Below, piece after piece: positions 57,335-64,000 of a stretch of DNA of 64,000 nucleotides. The stretch's first letter is position 1; every line of letters starts with the position of its first letter. The notes under the pieces are model-generated. The model made no database searches and was not told the origin of the DNA. It worked only from the letters and a program-made list of their open reading frames with translations. The stretch lies in the NCBI GenBank assembly GCA_046726375.1, contig JBKPAJ010000062.1, forward strand, positions 2,498 to 66,497, given 5' to 3'. Both the position numbers and the translations under genes were made by a program. Source of the DNA: Acidobacteriota bacterium (lineage in GTDB: Bacteria > Acidobacteriota > Vicinamibacteria > Vicinamibacterales > UBA2999).

Positions 57335-58872
57335 GATCCCTCCGCCTCGCGCGATACCAGTTCGTTGGCTCGGGCGTCGCGCGCCGCGCGCGCCGCGCGC
57401 CCCGGATCTTCGATGCCGTGCTTGCGCATCTTGCTGTAGAGCGTCGGCCGGTACAACCCGAGGATGTGCGCCGCCTCTTGCTTGTTCCAGTTCGTGCGCT
57501 GCAGGGTTTGCAGGATCGCCATCTTCTCGATTTCTGCCAGCGAATGATGCGGCGGCACGAGGAATTCCGGATTGGCCGCGGCTTCGTCGCGCAACGTCTC
57601 GGGCAAATCCGTTGGCTGAACCTCAGCGCCTTTCGCGACCAGGACCGCGCGCTCGAGCGCGTTTTCCAGCTCGCGCACGTTTCCCGGCCACCGGTTGCGA
57701 ATGAGCAAACGATAGGCAGCCGGCGAAATGGCTTTCACCTGCTTGCGATAGCGCTCGTTGAACTTCTCGATCAAGTGCGTGCACAGCAGCGGCACGTCTT
57801 CCGCCCGCTCGCGCAGCGGCGGCACACGAACCGTAATGGTGTTGATTCGGAAGTAAAGATCTTCGCGCAATCGTCCCTCACGCAACGCCGTGTCGAGGTC
57901 GATGTTGGTGGCGCAAATCAACCGGAAGTCGACCTTCACGGTGCGATCGCTCCCGACCGGCCGGTACTCCCGCTCCTGCAGGACGCGCAGAAGCTTCGTC
58001 TGCAGGAACGGCGGCATCTCTCCGATCTCGTCGAGCATCAGCGAGCCGCCGCTGGCGGCTTCGAGCAGGCCGATCTTGTCGGTGACAGCTCCGGTGAATG
58101 CTCCCTTCTTGTAGCCGAAGAGCTCGGATTCGATCAGGTCCTTGGGAATCGCCGCGCAGTTGATCTTGATGAACGGCCCTTTGGCGCGATTGCTCCGCAC
58201 ATGCAGCGCATTGGCGATGAGCTCCTTGCCGGTACCGTTTTCGCCCTGAATCAGGATATTGGCGTCGCTCGCGGCGACCGCCTCAACGAGCTCGAAGAGC
58301 TCGCGCATCTTCTTGCTCTTGCCGATGATGTTGGAGAAGGAATACTGGCTGCGAACCTGTTCCTTGAGCTGCTCGTGCTGCAGCCGCTCGTCGTGGAGCG
58401 ACGTGGCCCGCTCGAGGATGTTGACCAGCCCCGCTGGATCCAAGTCGGATTTCTCGACGAAGAAGAACGCTCCGGCTTGACCCGCTTCCAGGGCGCGCCG
58501 AATCGTTCCCTGTCCGCTGATAACGATGATCTGCGGACCAGGATCCATCGACTTCATTTTTTTCAGCAGCGCGATGCCGTCGGTGTCCGGCAGCAGAAGA
58601 TCGAGGAGCACCACAGCCGGCCGCCAGTTTTGATAGAGCTCCTCGGCGCGCGCGCCGTGGCTCGCCGTGCGCACTTCGTATCCCGGCTCGCCCGGCGCTT
58701 GCTCGACAACCATCTTGAGCCAATCGGTGACCATCGGCTCGTCATCGACGACGAGCACGCGTTTCCGCTGTCGGCGACCGGTCTCTGTTGAATACACGCG
58801 TCCTCGGACTGGCTCATCCGCCGGCCGGGAGCCGCGCAGCGGAGAGCGAAATTGTGTCTGATTCGAATACAC
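57331..58872 (-). CDS. Sigma-54-dependent response regulator (NtrC family)
   Basis: REC (VLVVDDEPMV...LLDLLLPDTDG), AAA+ (ILIQGENGTGKELIANALH, GAFTGA, LMLDEIGEM, RLICATN) and a Fis HTH (NKQEAAHILGLYRPTLYSKMRKHG). Confidence 0.9.
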   Translation of the reverse strand: MYSNQTQFRSPLRGSRPADEPVRGRVYSTETGRRQRKRVLVVDDEPMVTDWLKMVVEQAPGEPGYEVRTASHGARAEELYQNWRPAVVLLDLLLPDTDGIALLKKMKSMDPGPQIIVISGQGTIRRALEAGQAGAFFFVEKSDLDPAGLVNILERATSLHDERLQHEQLKEQVRSQYSFSNIIGKSKKMRELFELVEAVAASDANILIQGENGTGKELIANALHVRSNRAKGPFIKINCAAIPKDLIESELFGYKKGAFTGAVTDKIGLLEAASGGSLMLDEIGEMPPFLQTKLLRVLQEREYRPVGSDRTVKVDFRLICATNIDLDTALREGRLREDLYFRINTITVRVPPLRERAEDVPLLCTHLIEKFNERYRKQVKAISPAAYRLLIRNRWPGNVRELENALERAVLVAKGAEVQPTDLPETLRDEAAANPEFLVPPHHSLAEIEKMAILQTLQRTNWNKQEAAHILGLYRPTLYSKMRKHGIEDPGRAARAARDARANELVSREAEGS

Positions 58873-58882
58873 AGTCTATCAG

Positions 58883-59338
58883 TTAGCTGGCCTTCCGCAC
58901 GGGAACGTTGCGCAGTAACGCATCGCGTAGCGTGGCGGCGGCCGCATTGCTCCCGCTGGCGTTTCCACTCACGACGTCGTTGGACGTGAGCGGCTGCCCG
59001 TAGAACCGAGTATTGGCATCGCGGTCTTCAGCGACCGACGATCCGTTGAGCGTCGCGCCCGCGAAAAGCCCCCGGCTGCGCGAGCAGCTCAGGATCTCGG
59101 AGCGGATCTGAATCTCAGTGCTCGCGCTGGCTTCACGCCCGGCGGGCCCGGCCGTCGCCGAGGCTTCCCCGCCGATTTTGAATTCGTTGCACAGGCGGTT
59201 CTCCACGCCGCGGCGTTCATCACCACGAGAACAAGTAATACCGACGAAGTCATAGCATGCAAGAGGCCGCGGCCGTGTTGGCGCGGCCTGACTGCTGAGC
59301 GCGGCAATCAGAACACCTGTTGCCCAAATCCGCACCAT
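58883..59338 (-). CDS. SYLF (Ysc84-like) domain protein, short form
   Basis: FKIGGEASATAGPAGREASASTE...SRSRGLFAGATLNGSSVAEDRDANTRFYG matches the C-terminal half of SYLF domains. The region after the signal peptide is shorter than I would expect. Confidence 0.6.
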   Translation of the reverse strand: MVRIWATGVLIAALSSQAAPTRPRPLACYDFVGITCSRGDERRGVENRLCNEFKIGGEASATAGPAGREASASTEIQIRSEILSCSRSRGLFAGATLNGSSVAEDRDANTRFYGQPLTSNDVVSGNASGSNAAAATLRDALLRNVPVRKAS

Positions 59339-59360
59339 TGCCTCTCGGGGTTGCGGAGAG

Positions 59361-59488
59361 CCGGGGTTCCTGGATTCCGGGGTTCGAGATTTCGAGTTCC
59401 TGGATTCCTCAGTTCCGAAGTTCGGATGAACCTCGGAACCTCGGAACCCTCCGAACCTTGGAACTTTGGAACCTCGGAACTTCGGAAA
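59361..59488. repeat. Octamer-periodic palindrome, (NNNNTTCC)n / (CYTYGGAA)n
   Basis: The left half is GGGGTTCC TGGATTCC GGGGTTCG AGATTTCG ... TCAGTTCC GAAGTTCG. The right half is CCTCGGAA CCTCGGAA CCCTCCGAA CCTTGGAA CTTTGGAA CCTCGGAA CTTCGGAA. It ends 1 nt before the stop at 59490-59492. Confidence 0.8.
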
Positions 59489-59489
59489 G

Positions 59490-59639
59490 TCAAACCGGAC
59501 GACGTCCCTGGATCACGCGGATCAACACGATCGCAATCGCGATGATCAGCAGAACGTGAATGAACCCACCGAGAGTATAGGAGCTCACCATTCCCAACAG
59601 CCAAAGAACGATGAGCAGCACGAGAATCGTAGTCAGCAT
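59490..59639 (-). CDS. lmo0937-family small membrane protein (49 aa)
   Basis: Not in the ORF track because it is under 60 aa. The product is MLTTILVLLIVLWLLGMVSSYTLGGFIHVLLIIAIAIVLIRVIQGRRPV. AAGGAG lies 8 nt upstream of the ATG. Confidence 0.7.
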   Translation of the reverse strand: MLTTILVLLIVLWLLGMVSSYTLGGFIHVLLIIAIAIVLIRVIQGRRPV

Positions 59640-59665
59640 CTGAATGGCTCCTTTGTTGGTTCCAC

Positions 59666-59998
59666 TTACACGCTGGGTGCGGTATTTGGCATACGGTCGG
59701 TCGTAGTCGTCGTGGACGTCGACGTCGTACGATCGGCGCCCGAAATCCGGTCGGTCACCGACGACACACGGTCGGATAGCTGGCTGGAGATCTGCTGGCC
59801 GCGCTCGCGTGCCTGCTGGCGCAGTGTCTCGGTCGCGTCGTTCACGCGATTGGCGAGTCCGCGGTACTGCTCTCCGAGGAGCTCGCGTGTCTCTGATCCC
59901 GTCTTTGGCGCAAAGAGCAGCGCCACTCCGGCGCCGATCACGGCGCCTGCGAACAACCCCAGCGCGAAGCTGGCTCCGGTCCCTTCCTCTCGATACAT
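59666..59998 (-). CDS. YtxH-domain protein
   Basis: FALGLFAGAVIGAGVALLFAPKTGSETRELL... AGGAGG RBS. Confidence 0.75.
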   Translation of the reverse strand: MYREEGTGASFALGLFAGAVIGAGVALLFAPKTGSETRELLGEQYRGLANRVNDATETLRQQARERGQQISSQLSDRVSSVTDRISGADRTTSTSTTTTTDRMPNTAPSV

Positions 59999-60015
59999 GA
60001 TCCGCTACCTCCTAT

Positions 60016-60405
60016 TCACCCTTCGACTATCGACATGTTCGATTGCGTCCGTCTCGGTGCGCGCCAGCGCTTCACCATGCGCAGCAGTCCGCCCGCAACG
60101 CCCGCGGCCACCGCCGCGCGCGGCCACACCAGCGCGCCAAGCCGGCCGGCAGTGTCGTTCACGGAATCGATCGCACGGCTCACATCGTCGGTGCGGGTGC
60201 GAACGACGGCGCTCGTGTGTTCGAGATTCGTCAACACGCCTTCGACGCGCAGCAGCAACGGTGACAGCTTCGTGTCGAGAGTGTGCGTCGCGCCTTGATA
60301 CGTGCGAAATACAGCGATGGCGGCGGCGATCATGAAGAGCGTCTGCACAACGCTCGCAATTGCGAGCACGACGAGGATCATGTTTGTCGTATCGAGCCGC
60401 TCCAT
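60016..60405 (-). CDS. DUF948-like membrane protein
   Basis: The start is set at MERLDTTNMILVVLAIASVVQTLFMIAAAIAVF. One TM helix followed by a long helical region. GAGG lies 5 nt upstream. Confidence 0.6.
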   Translation of the reverse strand: MERLDTTNMILVVLAIASVVQTLFMIAAAIAVFRTYQGATHTLDTKLSPLLLRVEGVLTNLEHTSAVVRTRTDDVSRAIDSVNDTAGRLGALVWPRAAVAAGVAGGLLRMVKRWRAPRRTQSNMSIVEG

Positions 60406-60436
60406 GCCTCTGCCTCTGTAAAGCCGTCGAGCCGTA

Positions 60437-60453
60437 ATGCAGGGTTCATGCCC
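60437..60453 (-). promoter_or_regulatory. Sigma-54 (-24/-12) promoter
   Basis: The minus strand reads GGGCATG-AACC-CTGCAT. The GG and GC dinucleotides have the canonical spacing of TGGCACG-N4-TTGCW. It lies ~30 nt upstream of the DUF948 ATG. A near-palindrome, CAGAAGTCGCGACCTCTG (60459-60476), is adjacent. Confidence 0.55.
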
Positions 60454-60542
60454 GCGTCCAGAAGTCGCGACCTCTGCCGTCAAGTGGCTTGGGGAGTAGT
60501 GTGAAACTCGCGCCGCGCCGGGCGGCTCAACTATCCAACCGA

Positions 60543-60974
60543 TTACCTGTTCTGGCTAAACCGCTTCACAACCGGCTCAGCGTGGCTGCGTCCGTGTTGC
60601 AGCAGCCATTCGATCTCCGCGACGAGGGCTGCCGGATCGCACGGCTTCACGACGATCGCGTCAAAGCCGGAAGCACGTGCTTGGTTGAGCTGTTTGACGT
60701 GCGAATAACCAGTTGCTGCGATCAAGGGAATATGCTGTGTGTCGGGCGCCTCGCGAAGACGAATTGCCGCTTCAAAACCCGTAATTCCGGGCAATTCTAG
60801 GTCGAGCACAATGACATCCGGCATGTGGCGATGCGCCTGCTCAACGGCCGCTAAACCATCCTCGGCCTCAACGACGTCATACCCGACGGCTCGGAGATAC
60901 AGACCCCAGATCTCGAGTGCATCGGGGTAATCATCGACGAGGAGAATGCGCTTCGGCGGCACGACAACTTCCAA
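60543..60974 (-). CDS. Stand-alone response-regulator receiver protein
   Basis: ILLVDDYPDALE...VIVLDLELPGITG...IPLIAATGY...KP (CheY-like D/D/T/K pattern). Confidence 0.85.
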   Translation of the reverse strand: MEVVVPPKRILLVDDYPDALEIWGLYLRAVGYDVVEAEDGLAAVEQAHRHMPDVIVLDLELPGITGFEAAIRLREAPDTQHIPLIAATGYSHVKQLNQARASGFDAIVVKPCDPAALVAEIEWLLQHGRSHAEPVVKRFSQNR

Positions 60975-61031
60975 AGTCAGGATCGCCGGGACTACCCCGG
61001 GATCTCTCCGCAGAGGCTGACTTCAAGCTGC

Positions 61032-61742
61032 ATGCCACGGGCGACGGTGGTAGGCTCACGTGGCATGTCGGTTGATATCAGCGACGTTCTGCATGTGCTT
61101 GCGCATGAGCTTCGAGGACCGTCAGGCATCGCGCAGGGCTATCTCCGCATGCTGCTGGAAGACCGTCTGACCGATTCAGCGGATCGGCGCCGCGCCCTCG
61201 AGCAGACGCAACGCGCATTGGCGCGCGTGAGCGAGTTGACCGCAGAAAGTACGCAACTGGCGAACTGGTTCGACACACAACGCGAGAACAAGGCGGTTGG
61301 CCACGTTGATGCGCGCGCGTTGATCGAGCGCGTCGCAGCGAATACGGGCATCGAACCCGCCCCGACCACCCGCATCGATGTGATGCCGGCGAGTGCGTCG
61401 GTGCCGACCGGAAACGAAGACGCACTCGCCGCGGCGCTGGTCGCGTGCGTGAAGGCGACCGCGCGCGAGCTGAAAGGCAAGCCGGTGACCATTGCGGCGC
61501 GCGTCAACGGCAACCATGCGCTGGATATTTTGATTGGCAGCGATGAACAGCTCGTCGCGTTGTCGCAAGGGCCCGATGCCGCCAATGCCGGACCGATCGC
61601 GCTGGAGCGCGGCGGTCTCGGGTTGTCGCTAGTGCTCGCCGCAGTAGTTCTCGAGGCGCACGGCGCCGCACATTGGACGACGAACGGTTCTCGCAATACA
61701 GTAGGAATTCGATTCCCGTTGGAAGAAAGGGCACATCAGTGA
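61032..61742 (+). CDS. Small soluble histidine kinase-like protein
   Basis: H-box LAHELRGPSGIAQGYLRML. The C-terminal part has GGLGLSL (G2-like), but the N/G1 boxes are weak. Confidence 0.65.
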   Translation: MPRATVVGSRGMSVDISDVLHVLAHELRGPSGIAQGYLRMLLEDRLTDSADRRRALEQTQRALARVSELTAESTQLANWFDTQRENKAVGHVDARALIERVAANTGIEPAPTTRIDVMPASASVPTGNEDALAAALVACVKATARELKGKPVTIAARVNGNHALDILIGSDEQLVALSQGPDAANAGPIALERGGLGLSLVLAAVVLEAHGAAHWTTNGSRNTVGIRFPLEERAHQ

Positions 61743-63304
61743 CCCCCGCGAAACTTGCGCTGGTCGACGACGATCAGCAGTTCGTTCAGTATCTCGATAC
61801 ACTTCTGCGTTCACGCGGATATGACGTGCAGCCGTTTACCAGTGGCAGCGAGTTGTTGCAGGCCATGCACACCGACGCTCCGCCGGATGTGGTGCTGCTC
61901 GACGTCTCGATGCCCGGAATGGATGGGCTCGAAACGTTGAAGGCCGTACGTGTGGCGCATCCCAACGTGCAGGTGGTCATGCTTTCGGGTCGCCAGGCAC
62001 CGTCCACAATCGTCGACGCGATGCGCCAGGGCGCGGCGGACTACGTGGTCAAGCCGGACGATCCGGACGGCGTGGGGGAAGCAGCCCTCGAATCCGCGAT
62101 CCGCAACGCGGTTGAGAAGACCGTGCTCACCAGCGAAGTCGCGCGCCTGCGCACGCAGGTTGGCGAGGACCCCGAGGGCGTGACGTTCTGGGGTCCCGGA
62201 CCCGCCATGCGCAATGTGATGGCGATGGTCGAACGCGTCGCCGACAGCGATATCGGCGTGCTGCTGCGCGGCGAAAGCGGCGTCGGCAAAGAAGTGATCG
62301 CAAGAGAGTTGCACCGCCGCTCCCCGCGTCGCACCAAGCCGTTCGTCAAAGTCAACGCCGCAGCGCTCCCGTCGGAGCTTTTGGAGAGCGAGCTTTTCGG
62401 TCACGAACGGGGCGCGTTTACCGGCGCGCAAAACGCCCGCATCGGCAAGTTCGAGTTTGCAAACCACGGCACGCTGATGCTCGACGAGATCGGCGAGATG
62501 CCGCCGGGCCTGCAGGCCAAGCTGCTGCACGTGCTTCAGGATAGCGAGTTCACAAAGCTCGGGAGCAACAAGCCGGTGTCGGTCGACGTCCGCATCATCG
62601 CCGCGACCAACCGCGACCTCGAAGCGATGATGCGCGCGGGATCGTTCCGCGAAGACCTTTACTACCGGCTGCAGGTGATAGAGATCTTCATTCCGCCGCT
62701 GCGCGAACGGCGCGAGGAGATTAACCAGTTCATCGAGTTCTTCTTGGTCAAGTACTCGGAGCGCTATGGCCGGCCCTTGCGCAAGCCGTCGGATGCGCTG
62801 CGCGACACGCTGCTGAACTATGCGTGGCCCGGCAACGTCCGCGAGCTTGAAAACGTCATCAAGCGATTCGTCATTCTGCAGGACGAGGCGCTTGTCTTGG
62901 CCGAGTTGAAGCGCGCACGCACGGTTGCGGCCGAACATGCGGCACCTGTCGGCGTCGCCGCGGCCGCCGCTCCGGCGCCGATCGCGCCGCCTGTTCATGC
63001 CGCGCCGCCGCCACCACCACCACCACCACCGCCGGCGCCCGCTCCTGTTAGCCCAACCAGTGCAACGGCCGCTGACGAGTCGGACAATGATACGGAACCT
63101 GATAATGCGCCGGCGGCGCCCGGGCACGTGAGTTTGCCGGAACTCGCACGGGAAGCGGCAATGAAGGCCGAGCGCGCCGCCATCCAGCAGGCGCTCGACC
63201 GCTTCCGCTGGAATCGCCGCAAGGCTGCAGACGCGCTTGGCGTGAGCTACAAGACGCTGCTCAACAAGATGAAGGAGTGTGGCATCAGCGAGCAACAGCT
63301 TTGA
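61739..63304 (+). CDS. Sigma-54-dependent response regulator (NtrC family) with poly-Pro linker
   Basis: The GTG start overlaps the kinase stop (GTGA). REC (LALVDDD...LLDVSMPGMDG), AAA+ (VLLRGESGVGKEVIAREL, GAFTGA, LMLDEIGEM), a run of 11 Pro, and a Fis HTH. Confidence 0.9.
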   Translation: MTPAKLALVDDDQQFVQYLDTLLRSRGYDVQPFTSGSELLQAMHTDAPPDVVLLDVSMPGMDGLETLKAVRVAHPNVQVVMLSGRQAPSTIVDAMRQGAADYVVKPDDPDGVGEAALESAIRNAVEKTVLTSEVARLRTQVGEDPEGVTFWGPGPAMRNVMAMVERVADSDIGVLLRGESGVGKEVIARELHRRSPRRTKPFVKVNAAALPSELLESELFGHERGAFTGAQNARIGKFEFANHGTLMLDEIGEMPPGLQAKLLHVLQDSEFTKLGSNKPVSVDVRIIAATNRDLEAMMRAGSFREDLYYRLQVIEIFIPPLRERREEINQFIEFFLVKYSERYGRPLRKPSDALRDTLLNYAWPGNVRELENVIKRFVILQDEALVLAELKRARTVAAEHAAPVGVAAAAAPAPIAPPVHAAPPPPPPPPPPAPAPVSPTSATAADESDNDTEPDNAPAAPGHVSLPELAREAAMKAERAAIQQALDRFRWNRRKAADALGVSYKTLLNKMKECGISEQQL

Positions 63305-63360
63305 GGAGCTTGCGTCGCCGAAGCGCGGAAGCACTGCCACCGAACGACGGCGCGAACCGC

Positions 63361-64000
63361 CTAGTCATCGCGGCGCGACGCGCCGTTCATGAATGCATGC
63401 GATAGCCGCTCGAGCCGGGCGGCCACTTTTGCAAGGCGGCGAATGTTCCGATCGAAGAGTGCGAGGAGATGGGCCAGCTCCATGTCGCCTTCTCGGACCG
63501 GCAATAGCGCGGGCATGACCTGAAGCACGCTCAGCGGCTGCCGCATTTCCTGACCCACCAGCCGGGCCACGCCGACCAACTGCGCCTTTTGCCGCTCGTT
63601 GGCGTCCGTGTAGATCGCCACGAAGGTTCCCACCGTCTGTCGCTGGAGCGCGCGGATTGTCGCCGTCACCCGTCGCATCGCACGCAGCGCATCGTCCAAC
63701 GGCATGCCCTCCGGCCGAGCTGCCTCGTGCAGAACGAACTCCTCGAGGACGTCGGCGAGCGTGTCGTACTCCTGCAAGAGCTGATAAACGGTTGCACCTT
63801 GATTGAAGCGCAACCGTCCCAACGCCGCGGCCTGGCGCATGACGCTGTCGTGAACTTCGCGTCTCTCTGCGATTGGCGCGGACAAGCTTTCCGCGATCTC
63901 GACGATAAAAATCTCCGCGTGTCGAGTCAGATCGTGCGCTGGAGGGAGCGGCCAGTCGCCTGCCGTCAGCGCCTCGGCCACCCGGTCGAACCATGTTGCT
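63361..64000 (-). CDS. Hypothetical signalling-type protein with HisKA-like segment (5' partial)
   Basis: The frame stays open to the window edge (…ATWFDRVAEALTAG…). The segment LVGQEMRQPLSVLQVMPALL resembles an H-box but has Gln where the His should be. Confidence 0.45.
   Translation of the reverse strand, partial: ATWFDRVAEALTAGDWPLPPAHDLTRHAEIFIVEIAESLSAPIAERREVHDSVMRQAAALGRLRFNQGATVYQLLQEYDTLADVLEEFVLHEAARPEGMPLDDALRAMRRVTATIRALQRQTVGTFVAIYTDANERQKAQLVGVARLVGQEMRQPLSVLQVMPALLPVREGDMELAHLLALFDRNIRRLAKVAARLERLSHAFMNGASRRDD

Overview
GC-rich bacterial chromosomal window. The gene content (a remnant of an ADOP-type duplicated permease, Ser/Thr kinases fused to a TolB-like propeller, three sigma-54 activators) suggests Acidobacteriota; this is inference only, no search was run. 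About 55 protein genes are supported, most of them housekeeping or envelope functions. They include the rnr 5' end, glycerate kinase, gatB, pckA, an ECF sigma/anti-sigma pair, ispH, a Spy-like/TolC/MFP/RND efflux operon, folK, a DksA-like protein, an ABC ATPase plus FtsX-type permease plus GDSL esterase, PP2C, an M13 peptidase, YpfJ, MATE, a DUF255 thioredoxin-fold protein, YihY/BrkB and two-component genes. There is one tRNA-Leu(UAA). No rRNA, CRISPR array, intact transposase or integrase was seen. All functional calls rest on motifs I recognise in the supplied translations. Many long ORFs in the track are antisense artefacts of high GC. The most interesting signals are non-coding. (1) A set of short-unit (7-8 nt) periodic palindromic arrays and other tandem repeats fill the spacers between co-directional genes and begin at or on the upstream stop codon. 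(2) A 116-118-nt element with 25-nt terminal inverted repeats is present twice. (3) A ~166-nt multi-stem structured element has G-U-compatible asymmetries. (4) GTAG-headed REP-like hairpins lie between convergent genes. Indels are also clustered in particular genes (ftsE/ftsX, an ArsR-family gene, an HNH-like gene) while every long gene is intact. A well-formed sigma-54 promoter sits in front of a small membrane-stress operon that is flanked by two sigma-54 response regulators. A decayed ~2-kb islet lies on the 3' side of tRNA-Leu. No complete recognisable defence or mobile system was found. The repeat architecture is the best candidate for something undescribed.
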